A stretch of DNA of 64,000 bases from Candidatus Uhrbacteria bacterium RIFCSPHIGHO2_02_FULL_46_47 (GTDB taxonomy: Bacteria; Patescibacteriota; Patescibacteriia; GWA2-47-26): positions 108 through 64,107 of the forward strand of contig MGDU01000022.1 in the NCBI GenBank assembly GCA_001790815.1, given 5' to 3'. Below the pieces are notes generated by a model, which was given only the letters and a program-made list of their open reading frames with translations, ran no database searches and had not been told where the DNA came from. Position numbers and translations under genes: made by a program. Below are positions 48,772 through 57,559 of the stretch, piece after piece (within the stretch, counting starts at the first letter, position 1; each line of letters begins with the position of its first letter).

Positions 48772-49471
48772 AGAAAAACATCAGCTGATCATGGGACAGA
48801 TTCTCCGGGATATTTATTCCGATACTTCCATCTCTCCGCTCATTGGATTTAAGGGCGGCACCTGCGCCTACTTTTTCTATGGCCTGACCAGATTCTCTGT
48901 TGATCTGGACTTTGATTTGTTTTCTACCGACGACGCTACACAAAAGATTGTGTACGAAACAATTGGTGGCATACTCCGAAAATATGGGGAAGTCAAGGAT
49001 AACTATATAAAACGAAATACTATTTTTTTTCTGCTCTCTTATGGTGATGCAGACCATAATGTTAAAGTTGAGGTAAATGTAAGAATTTTTATGCCGAATA
49101 TCAGAGAGCACTACGAGCTGAAAGAGTATCTTGGAATTTCTATGCTTGCCGGCAAGAAAGATTATCTCTTTGCAAGCAAGCTCTCTGCGCTGACTGATCG
49201 AAGATTGCTTGCCATGCGTGATATTTACGATATCTGGTATTTTGCTAAAAACAATTGGGATATCAACGCTGCGGTAGTGAAAGCAAGAACCGGAAAAACC
49301 ATTAAAGAACATATGGCCAATTGCATTTCAGTTATCGAAGCAGTAAAAGACAATGAAATCCTGCGCGGACTGGCTGAACTTTTACCAGATGAAAAGGAAA
49401 AAGCGTGGGTCAAAACACACTTGCGGAAAGAAGTTATCTTTCTACTTAAAAATTACATGTCCGTAGTATAA
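48761..49471 (+). CDS. Type IV TA toxin, AbiEii-family nucleotidyltransferase
   Basis: FKGGTC...RFSVDLDF, RDIYD. Confidence 0.9.
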   Translation: MLNKEKHQLIMGQILRDIYSDTSISPLIGFKGGTCAYFFYGLTRFSVDLDFDLFSTDDATQKIVYETIGGILRKYGEVKDNYIKRNTIFFLLSYGDADHNVKVEVNVRIFMPNIREHYELKEYLGISMLAGKKDYLFASKLSALTDRRLLAMRDIYDIWYFAKNNWDINAAVVKARTGKTIKEHMANCISVIEAVKDNEILRGLAELLPDEKEKAWVKTHLRKEVIFLLKNYMSVV

Positions 49472-49545
49472 ACCCGTCAAGGGTTCAACCCCCCTCCCCT
49501 GTGAACAAACCAAAAAAGAGCTCAATTGGGCTCTTTTTTGGTTTG

Positions 49546-50973
49546 CTATTTGCAGGTTCCCATTTTCGAACAGAGAGATGCTCCTATTCCTGTTCCTAAA
49601 ATACCAGTACTGAAATCCCATCCTACACAGTTACTACTATCGCATTGTAAACCATCACAGCAAGGACGTCCCGTCTCTCCTGAGCTGCAGAATTTAATAG
49701 ACGAGTGCGCACCTCCTCCTCCAATACCTGCAATACCAGAATCGCGCATGGGAACACAATACGATTCCGATTGACAGTCTTCGTCAATATCGCATTTTGT
49801 CCCATCTTGTAGTGGAGCACACTTATCAGGTGCAGGAGCAAGACTGCAACGCCTACTCAGGCATTCTTCATTTGCATTGCAAGTTTGCCCTCCTTCTTTT
49901 TGTTTTGAGCATTGCACGCCAGTTACGCTCAAGAGGTTTTGGGTATTAATAAGGATGCATTGACAACCGGTACTAAGACATTTTGCCACATTATCTATAT
50001 TTAATTTTTGTTCGCTCTCGTAAAGATTAATATTACAAGCATTGCATTGAGTTGGATCCACACAAACTGTGGACGCAAGTTTTTTCTGCAAGGCAGCTTT
50101 ATCAGTTTTGGCAAATAGCGCTCCGTCATTGCTTCCCGAAAGATAACCATTGAAATATTCAGATGCTATACGGCCTTTAATCACTTTTTGGCACCCTCCT
50201 GTTCCTTCTGCGCACCACTGCCCATCACATTCTCCGCCTGCAGGCCCGCCTTCGCAGGGCGGATTGCCAGCTTTGACTAATTCTTGATCACTGCAACTCC
50301 ATTTTCCAGTTGGGTGCGCAGTATCCCCGCCGCAAGGAAAGTCAGAGCGGTTGACGCACCACGCTTGAGTTTCTGTAAGTACAGTGCGCGGGATTTTTAT
50401 TGGCGGAAGTTTGAGTTTTACCAAATCCGGATTGACTGTGTTTAAAATCACATACGAGCTCAACACTAAGACAAGGCCAATTAGGGCATTGCTGATTTTG
50501 TGTTTGGCATCCGAGATGCGCTCTGGATTTCCGGCTGAAGTCAGCCATTTAACTCCGGCCCAGACAATCATCACTCCTGCAGTAATTCCGGAAATTCCCA
50601 CAAAGAAAATATAAAGACGCCGGATATAATCCTCAATGCCCTTTACTTCATAGCCGCCAATGGAAACTTGCAGCTTTGTTGTAGGAGGACTTGCCCAGCA
50701 ATTGTAGATATAGCCAGCAGCCTTAGCCGCCTCATTATGTTGTGTTGATGTCTGCTGACAAACCGGATCTGGATATGTGCTTTCGGTTGCTTTATAAGTT
50801 TTACATTCTTCTTTGCGAAAACAAAACGGACCGACTTTGATCTCCGTAGGCGTTGTCGGCTGTTCCACGGCAAAAACAGGCAGTGCAGGAATGTAAGATG
50901 TAAAATTAAAAATTAAAAATGTCAGAAGCAGAAGACCCGATTTTACATTTTGCATTTTAAATTTTAAATTCAT
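49546..50973 (-). CDS. Pilin-like (TrbC/VirB2-type) protein with a long Cys-rich C-terminal region
   Basis: MIVWAGVKWLTSAGNPERISDAKHKISNALIGLVL...ILNTVNPDL; dozens of Cys. Confidence 0.8.
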   Translation of the reverse strand: MNLKFKMQNVKSGLLLLTFLIFNFTSYIPALPVFAVEQPTTPTEIKVGPFCFRKEECKTYKATESTYPDPVCQQTSTQHNEAAKAAGYIYNCWASPPTTKLQVSIGGYEVKGIEDYIRRLYIFFVGISGITAGVMIVWAGVKWLTSAGNPERISDAKHKISNALIGLVLVLSSYVILNTVNPDLVKLKLPPIKIPRTVLTETQAWCVNRSDFPCGGDTAHPTGKWSCSDQELVKAGNPPCEGGPAGGECDGQWCAEGTGGCQKVIKGRIASEYFNGYLSGSNDGALFAKTDKAALQKKLASTVCVDPTQCNACNINLYESEQKLNIDNVAKCLSTGCQCILINTQNLLSVTGVQCSKQKEGGQTCNANEECLSRRCSLAPAPDKCAPLQDGTKCDIDEDCQSESYCVPMRDSGIAGIGGGGAHSSIKFCSSGETGRPCCDGLQCDSSNCVGWDFSTGILGTGIGASLCSKMGTCK

Positions 50974-50974
50974 A

Positions 50975-51697
50975 CTATTTCACCCTTGCTAAAATCTGCT
51001 CCCAAAGCTCCATAGGAATCGCGCCGGCGACTTTTTTGCCATTAATGAAAAACGTTGGCGTGCCGGAAACTCCGGCCGCGATCCCGTCCGCGCGGTCTAT
51101 TTCAATTTCATCTTTATATTTGCGGAGATCAAAACACTCATTGAATTTGGTAATATCCAGCCCAACTTCCAGCGCGTACAATTTAATATCAAGATCAGTT
51201 AAGCGCGTCGCATTTTGATAAAGTTTGTCATGCATGGCCCAGAATTTTCCCTGCTCGTGAGCGCAATTGGCCGCCTCAGAAGCGCGGAAGGCATTAGGGT
51301 GAATATCAGTGAGCGGAAAATCTCGGTAGATAAAATGTATTTTTTTTGGAAACCGTGCCATAAGTTCCCGCACAATAAGACTTTCCTCGCGCGAGTATGG
51401 ACATTCAAAATCCGCGAATTCCACAATTTGAAGCGGCGCATCCGGAGCGCCAAATGATGGGTCGTCTGCGGTTAAGTAGGCAAGATTTTCTTTGAGCCGC
51501 GCGGGGGATTGGATATTGCTTCGTGTAAGTCGTGATGAGATTTCAGAGGGTATCTCACCAATTTGGATTTGGCGGTAGAAGCGCACGGTCATGATGCCAA
51601 TGTAAAGCGAGGCGGCAAAGGCCATTGCCCCTACGGCAATAAGCAATATTCCCCACCATTTTTTATACCACGGCTCTGCGGTGATGTTCTCATTCAT
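50975..51697 (-). CDS. DsbA-family thiol-disulfide oxidoreductase (CPYS variant)
   Basis: EFADFECPYS, YRDFPL, GVSGTPTFFING; N-terminal TM segment. Confidence 0.9.
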   Translation of the reverse strand: MNENITAEPWYKKWWGILLIAVGAMAFAASLYIGIMTVRFYRQIQIGEIPSEISSRLTRSNIQSPARLKENLAYLTADDPSFGAPDAPLQIVEFADFECPYSREESLIVRELMARFPKKIHFIYRDFPLTDIHPNAFRASEAANCAHEQGKFWAMHDKLYQNATRLTDLDIKLYALEVGLDITKFNECFDLRKYKDEIEIDRADGIAAGVSGTPTFFINGKKVAGAIPMELWEQILARVK

Positions 51698-51983
51698 AGG
51701 ACGCTTGACCCCGCACCTTTTGTGCACTCTGAAGGCTACGCATGATGCGGCGTTTAAGTTGAGAATAGACTTTGCCAAACTGTTTGAGCTTTCTTTCACG
51801 GTCTTTGGCATCTTGTATGTTTGCGTAGCCTTCACAATAGACTAACTCCCAAGGCATATATTTCCTGGTATGAAAACTTTTCCCATTATTGTGTTCTTCT
51901 ATGCGTGCACTGAGATCTGTAGTATAACCAATATAAAGAGCACGGCGGTAGATGATACTTCGAAGGATGTATACCCAATACAT
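51690..51983 (-). CDS. Stand-alone GIY-YIG nuclease
   Basis: YWVYIL...LYIGYTTDL..R..EHN, ERKLK. Confidence 0.9.
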   Translation of the reverse strand: MYWVYILRSIIYRRALYIGYTTDLSARIEEHNNGKSFHTRKYMPWELVYCEGYANIQDAKDRERKLKQFGKVYSQLKRRIMRSLQSAQKVRGQASYE

Positions 51984-52015
51984 ATCTCAGTGCATTGTGC
52001 ACAAAAGGTGCGGGG
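51709..52015. mobile_element. Miniature element: GIY-YIG gene between 19-bp terminal inverted repeats with TTGA direct flanks
   Basis: CCCCGCACCTTTTGTGCAC (51709-51727) and GTGCACAAAAGGTGCGGGG (51997-52015); TTGA at 51705-51708 and 52016-52019. Confidence 0.6.
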
Positions 52016-52150
52016 TTGACATATCCATGGCTTTAGTATATCATGGATAAACTAGACTGGCGAGCGCTTTGAATCATGAATTATGAAGTATGAATTATGA
52101 ATTCGGCCATGATTCCTGATTCATAATTCATAATTCCTGACTCTATTCAC

Positions 52151-52369
52151 ATGCTGCAACTCATTACCACCATCCAAATCATCTCCGCTATTCTTCTTAT
52201 TGTTGCCATTCTATTGCAGCAAAGAGGAGTGGGGCTGGGATCTGCGTTTGGAGGCGAGGGTGCGATTTATCGGACCAAGCGGGGGATTGAAAAAGGAATC
52301 TTCATTTCAACCATAGTCTTCGCGATTATTTTCTTCGCCTCAGCGCTTGCAGGAGTTATATTGCGCTAA
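52151..52369 (+). CDS. secG: Preprotein translocase subunit SecG
   Basis: ILLQQRGVGLGSAFGG...RTKRGIEK. Confidence 0.92.
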   Translation: MLQLITTIQIISAILLIVAILLQQRGVGLGSAFGGEGAIYRTKRGIEKGIFISTIVFAIIFFASALAGVILR

Positions 52370-52376
52370 GTCAAGC

Positions 52377-54119
52377 ATGTTCAAATTTTTACGCCGTTTT
52401 CAAAAATCTGAAGATCTTGATAAAAGGCTGGTATTCGGACTTTCAAAAGGACGCGTGCCGAAACTCAGCCAATTAAAACTTCTTCCCAAGGTACTAAGCG
52501 CCTATGAGCTGTGGATTTTGAGAATTGCGGGCGCGATTTTGCTTGCCTTTGCAGTGGCAGGGATTAGCATATTTGTTATCCGCCATCGCAGTGTAACTCC
52601 GCAGTCGGGCGGCACTTATCGCGAAGCATTTCCCGGCTCACCGCGCCTTATTAATCCCATTCTGGCATCTTCAGATGTTGACCGGGATCTTTCACGCTTG
52701 ATCTATGGTAGTCTTTTGAAGTATAATGGAGAAGGAGAACTTATCCCCGATCTTGCGGAGAGCTTTACCGTGGAGGGGAGTGGGCTGGCAATACGATTTA
52801 CTTTGCGTGAAAATTTGCGCTGGCATGATAGTCAACCTTTGACTTTGGAAGATATCAAATTTACCATTGCGGCAATTCAAAATCAGGCGTGGCATTCACC
52901 GCTTTGGCGAAGTTTTGAAAATGTGAGCGTGGAGATTCCTGACGCGAAAACCATTGTTATACGATCAAAAGCATTCACGTCGAATTTTCCCAATCTCTTT
53001 ACGGTGGGAATTATTCCGAAGCACATTTGGGAAAATGTGGATCCGGCAAGCGGACGGCTCGCCATCTGGAATATCAAACCAGTGGGCTCTGGGCCATATC
53101 AATTTAGATCACTGACCAAGAGTCGGGATGGAGTTATTAACGCCTTGCGACTTTCTCGTTTTGAGGACTATTATGCAAAGCCGTTCATCAAAGAAATAGT
53201 AGCCGTGTTTTTCTCTGATTTTGAGAGTGCGCTTAATGCTCTGCGAGAACACGATGTTGATGGAGTTAGTTTCATTCCGGAGCGCCTGCGGTCAAAAATT
53301 TCTGGTGTGGGAGTCAATGTCTATAAGCCGAGCTTTCCGCGATTTACCGGACTCTTTTTCCAAGATCGCAAATCTGAAGTACTTCGGGACATCTCCGCGC
53401 GCCGCGCGCTTGCCGCCGCGTTAGATCGGGTAGAGATTGCCAAAATTGTTCCGGGGGCAACGCCTGCTATTGCCCCATTTCTCCCGGGGCAAATAGGATT
53501 TGCGAAAACACTGGCAATTCCAAATGGTGATATTGCGGGAGCAAAGAAGATTTTGGAAAATGGCGGGTGGCGACAAGGCAAAGAAGGTTGGCTGAAGAAT
53601 AAAATGCGGCTTGCTCTTACCTTGACAGTAATGGATGAACCTATTTCCCTGCAAGTTGCTGATTATATAAAAAAGATTTGGGAAGAGATGGGAGTGGGGG
53701 TGAAGCTGGAAGCCGCATCAAAAGTGACGTTTGAACAAGATGTACTTCGACCTCGCGCCTATGAAGTTTTGATGTTTTCGATAACAACCGGCATTGACCC
53801 TGATCCGTATCCATTCCTGCATTCAAGTCAGATTGATGATCCGGGGTTGAATTTATCAAGTGTGAAATCACGAGATATAGATGCGGCACTTGAGCAGGGA
53901 AGATCGGTAGGCAGTGATGTAGCTCGTTTCAAACATTATTTGCAATTTGAGCAATTACTCCTGCGGGAGGTGCCGGCTATTGTATTGTACTCATCTCCTT
54001 ATGTATATGTTGTTTCAAAAAAGGTGCGCGGGATTGATCTCAAGATGATGACTGCGCCGGCTGATCGTTTTAATGGAATTGCACAATGGTTTATGCGCTC
54101 GCGGCCCGGCTGGAGATAA
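52377..54119 (+). CDS. Peptide ABC transporter substrate-binding protein (family 5)
   Basis: LIPDLAES, FTLRENLRWHDSQPLTLEDIKFT, PVGSGPY. Confidence 0.9.
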   Translation: MFKFLRRFQKSEDLDKRLVFGLSKGRVPKLSQLKLLPKVLSAYELWILRIAGAILLAFAVAGISIFVIRHRSVTPQSGGTYREAFPGSPRLINPILASSDVDRDLSRLIYGSLLKYNGEGELIPDLAESFTVEGSGLAIRFTLRENLRWHDSQPLTLEDIKFTIAAIQNQAWHSPLWRSFENVSVEIPDAKTIVIRSKAFTSNFPNLFTVGIIPKHIWENVDPASGRLAIWNIKPVGSGPYQFRSLTKSRDGVINALRLSRFEDYYAKPFIKEIVAVFFSDFESALNALREHDVDGVSFIPERLRSKISGVGVNVYKPSFPRFTGLFFQDRKSEVLRDISARRALAAALDRVEIAKIVPGATPAIAPFLPGQIGFAKTLAIPNGDIAGAKKILENGGWRQGKEGWLKNKMRLALTLTVMDEPISLQVADYIKKIWEEMGVGVKLEAASKVTFEQDVLRPRAYEVLMFSITTGIDPDPYPFLHSSQIDDPGLNLSSVKSRDIDAALEQGRSVGSDVARFKHYLQFEQLLLREVPAIVLYSSPYVYVVSKKVRGIDLKMMTAPADRFNGIAQWFMRSRPGWR

Positions 54120-54190
54120 AAAATAACACGCCGCGGTGGCGCCTGCCTGCCGGCAGGCAGGGAATGGCAGCCCTGCCCCGTATAGATGGT

Positions 54191-54275
54191 GGGCGAGTGG
54201 TGAAATTGGCAAACACGTACGCTTCAGAAGCGTATGCCGCAAGGCTTGAGGGTTCGAGTCCCTCCCCGCCCACCA
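54191..54275 (+). tRNA. tRNA-Leu(CAG), CCA encoded
   Basis: TACGC-TTCAGAA-GCGTA anticodon arm; long variable arm GCCGCAAGGC; GGTTCGAGTCC; ACCA. Confidence 0.92.
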
Positions 54276-54358
54276 CTTGTACGGGGCGCATCCCGCCAAG
54301 GCGGGACGATCGCAAGGTCATGGGAGTTCGAATCTCCCCCTGGGCATTAAAAAAAATT

Positions 54359-56242
54359 ATGGAATCATCACAAACAGAATTTGTTTCAAAACCAGTGCAT
54401 GGCGGAGGCACTTCTTCAAGACGACCGCGAGGGCGCGGCGGGCGTCAGTTTAGCCGTCCCCGACAGTCGCCGCCCGCTCGCCCTCCGGCAACAAGCCGCC
54501 CGTCGCGTCCTGCGCCTGTTCAAATTACGGCGCCCAGAAGCGGCGCGCCTCGCCGAGACGAGTCGAGGCCGGGCGCGCCTAAACTTTTGGTTTACGCGTT
54601 GGGCGGACTGGAAGAAGTCGGTCGCAATTGTATGGTCTATGAATGCGGTGAAGATATTGTGATTGTGGACATGGGACTTCAGTTTCCGGAGGAAGATATG
54701 CATGGTATTGATTATATTATTCCCAACATTGCCTCACTTCGCGGAAAAGAAAAAAATATTCGCGGAGTGATAATTACCCACGGCCACTACGATCACATCG
54801 GCGGCATCCCTCATCTTTTAGGCAAACTTGGCAACCCGCCGGTCTTCACCACCCCGCTTAGCGCGGGAATTATCCGCAAACGTCAGGAAGAATTTACCAA
54901 AGCCCCAAGGCCAAATATCGTGCTTGTAAAACCAAAGATGAAAATTGCGCTCGGCCGACACTTTGTGTTTGAGCCGTTCCATGTGAATCACAACATCGCC
55001 GACTCAACTGGGGCGGCGCTTCAAACTCCCTACGGGCTCATGTTGCATACCGGCGATTTTAAATTTGACTATACTCCGGTAAATGAACCGCCGGCGGATA
55101 TTGATCACGTGCGATCGTTCGGCGACAAGGGCGTGCTCGCGCTTTTTTCCGACTCAACTGATGCGGAATATCCCGGACACCAAATTTCTGAACAGCAAGT
55201 TTTTGATGAGCTGGAAAAGATATTTGCGGCAAACTCGCAAGGCCGTCTTATCTTTGGAACTTTTGCTTCGCTCTTAACGCGTATTCAGCATATTCTTACT
55301 CTTTCGGAAAAATACGGACGCAAAGTTCTTATTCAGGGTCGTTCCATGGTAACGAACGTGGAGATAGCCCATGAACTCGGGTATCTAAAATTCAAGCAAG
55401 GGATTTTTATTGAGGAAAAAGAGTTTAATCGCCTTCCGGATAACAAAATCGTAGTGGTCTGCACCGGTGGGCAGGGAGAAAAAAATGCCCAACTCATGCG
55501 TATCGCGAATAGCGAACATCGCCTGATTAGTTTGAAGAAAGGAGATTCCATTATTTTTTCTTCTTCCGTGATCCCTGGCAATGAGCGTACGATTCAGAGT
55601 TTGAAGGACGCGCTCATCCGTCACGGCGCAAAGATATTCCACTACAAATTTATGGATATTCATGCCGGAGGCCATGCCAAACAGGAGGAACTCAAACTAA
55701 TGATGCAGCTTACGCGCCCGCGTTATGTAATTCCTATTCATGCAAACCGCTTTATGATCCAGGCGCACGCTGATTTGGCAATGAGCATCGGTTACAAAGA
55801 AGAAAATATCTTTGTGGCAGACAATGGTCAGGTTATGGAGTTTGATGCCAAAGGCGGACGGCTGACTGATAGATATGTGCCAACTGATTACGTTATGGTT
55901 GATGGGCTTGGGGTCGGGGATGTATCTGAGATTGTGCTTCGCGATCGGCAACAGCTTGCGGCGGATGGTATGTTTGTGGTCATTGCCACAATTGATAAAC
56001 GCACCGGCGCCCTCATTGGCAGTCCGGATATTATTTCGCGCGGGTTTGTGTATTTGAAAGAATCACGCGAACTTATTGAGCGCACGCGCAATCTGGTACG
56101 GAAGATTTTGAAAGACACTGATCCAAAATCTGCCGCCTTTGAAGATCATATTAAAAATAAAATCCGCAATGAGGTCGGGCAATATCTCTATACCATGACC
56201 CGCCGCCGCCCAATGGTGCTCCCGGTGTTGATTGAGGTATAA
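54359..56242 (+). CDS. rnj: Ribonuclease J
   Basis: LGGLEEVGRN, THGHYDHIG, HTGDFK, HAGGH, RRPMVLPV; start moved past the tRNA to MESSQT. Confidence 0.95.
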   Translation: MESSQTEFVSKPVHGGGTSSRRPRGRGGRQFSRPRQSPPARPPATSRPSRPAPVQITAPRSGAPRRDESRPGAPKLLVYALGGLEEVGRNCMVYECGEDIVIVDMGLQFPEEDMHGIDYIIPNIASLRGKEKNIRGVIITHGHYDHIGGIPHLLGKLGNPPVFTTPLSAGIIRKRQEEFTKAPRPNIVLVKPKMKIALGRHFVFEPFHVNHNIADSTGAALQTPYGLMLHTGDFKFDYTPVNEPPADIDHVRSFGDKGVLALFSDSTDAEYPGHQISEQQVFDELEKIFAANSQGRLIFGTFASLLTRIQHILTLSEKYGRKVLIQGRSMVTNVEIAHELGYLKFKQGIFIEEKEFNRLPDNKIVVVCTGGQGEKNAQLMRIANSEHRLISLKKGDSIIFSSSVIPGNERTIQSLKDALIRHGAKIFHYKFMDIHAGGHAKQEELKLMMQLTRPRYVIPIHANRFMIQAHADLAMSIGYKEENIFVADNGQVMEFDAKGGRLTDRYVPTDYVMVDGLGVGDVSEIVLRDRQQLAADGMFVVIATIDKRTGALIGSPDIISRGFVYLKESRELIERTRNLVRKILKDTDPKSAAFEDHIKNKIRNEVGQYLYTMTRRRPMVLPVLIEV

Positions 56243-56259
56243 TAAACAACTTTCCTCCC

Positions 56260-56312
56260 CTTAAGTCCGACGTTTCAGTCGGACTCCGTACCGTAGCGTC
56301 GGAGATAAGGGG
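56260..56312. repeat. 53-bp composite palindrome, identical to 57425-57477; the pair flanks trpS
   Basis: CTTAAGTCCGACGTTTCAGTCGGACTCCGTACCGTAGCGTCGGAGATAAGGGG occurs twice. Confidence 0.9.
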
Positions 56313-56392
56313 AGGTGAGGAGGGGTTATGAATCTCTCATAATTCCCCCAGACCCCTCTTACCTTAAGAGGGGGGGGATTGACAAGCTATTT

Positions 56393-57409
56393 ATGTCCAA
56401 AGTATTTTCAGGCATCCGTCCATCTGGGCTTCTTCACCTCGGCAATTACCTTGGTGCGATTAAAAATTGGATCGCGCTCCAAGCGAAGCACGATTGTATT
56501 TTTGCCATTGTTGATTATCATGGAATTACCACCCCATTTGAACCAGATGAGTTGCGCCAAAATATCCGTGAAGTTGCTTTGGATTATTTAGCAGTAGGGC
56601 TTGATCCTAAGCATGCCACTCTAATTCAGCAATCTCATGTTCCGGAACACGTGGAGCTGGGATGGATTTTTCAATCCATTTCTCCGGTTTCCTGGTTTGA
56701 GCGCGTGCCAACTTATAAAGAAAAAATTGCCCAACATCCTGAATATGTGAATTTGGGATTGCTTGCCTATCCCGCGCTTATGGCTGCGGATATTTTAATT
56801 TATAAATCCACGCTGGTGCCGGTTGGCGAAGATCAACTTCCACACATTGAGCTCACAAACGACATCGCCAAACGCTTCAATCACATGTTTGGTTCCCCTC
56901 CCCCACTCCCTCTCCCTAAGGGAGAGGGCAGGGTGAGGGTGGAATTCTTCCCCCCAGTCAAAGCTCTCCTTACTGAAGGCGCGCGCATCATGTCGCTTAA
57001 AGATCCTCGCAAAAAGATGTCTAAAACTGGAGACGAAGGCATTGCGCTTTCCGATACACCCGATGAAGTACGCCGCAAGATTAAAACCGCCACTACTGAT
57101 TCCGGGCGCGAGATCAAAGCAGGGGATGATAAACCCGCGCTTACCAACTTGCTTACGATTTATTCTGAAGTATCTGGCACACCAATTAAAAAACTTGAAA
57201 CACAATACAAAGGCAAGGGTTATGCCGAATTTAAAGCTGATCTTGCTGAAGCCGTGGTGGAATTTTTAGAACCAATTCAAAAACGCCGCAAAGAACTGGA
57301 AAAAAAGCGCGGCTATGTGGAAGAAATCCTGTCCTCCGGCGCCGCCTCCGCCCGCCCCCTGGCTCAAAAGACCCTTTTAGAGGTGAAAAAGAAAATGGGG
57401 TTGATATGA
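56393..57409 (+). CDS. trpS: Tryptophan--tRNA ligase, with an in-frame palindrome at 56895-56940
   Basis: SGIRPSGLLHLGNYLG, YPALMAADIL, VPVGEDQ, KMSKT. Confidence 0.97.
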   Translation: MSKVFSGIRPSGLLHLGNYLGAIKNWIALQAKHDCIFAIVDYHGITTPFEPDELRQNIREVALDYLAVGLDPKHATLIQQSHVPEHVELGWIFQSISPVSWFERVPTYKEKIAQHPEYVNLGLLAYPALMAADILIYKSTLVPVGEDQLPHIELTNDIAKRFNHMFGSPPPLPLPKGEGRVRVEFFPPVKALLTEGARIMSLKDPRKKMSKTGDEGIALSDTPDEVRRKIKTATTDSGREIKAGDDKPALTNLLTIYSEVSGTPIKKLETQYKGKGYAEFKADLAEAVVEFLEPIQKRRKELEKKRGYVEEILSSGAASARPLAQKTLLEVKKKMGLI

Positions 57410-57559
57410 ATCCAGCTTCCTCCACTTAAGTCCGACGTTTCAGTCGGACTCCGTACCGTAGCGTCGGAGATAAGGGGCAGCCAGGAGGGGTTATGAAATT
57501 CAAAGCGACGGCTGAAAAGCCGTCGCTTTAGTGTACCAAGGAAACCTGTAAGCCGCTAT

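Larger units (their letters stand above)
48084..49488. mobile_element. AbiE TA cassette bounded by 26-bp direct repeats
   Basis: GTAGCATAAACCCGTCAAGGGTTCAA (48084-48109) and GTAGTATAAACCCGTCAAGGGTTCAA (49463-49488). Confidence 0.6.

Noticed and set aside
54086-54358. Long N-terminal extension of RNase J
   Set aside because: It runs through tRNA-Leu and overlaps the upstream gene. ATG 54359 is the more plausible start.
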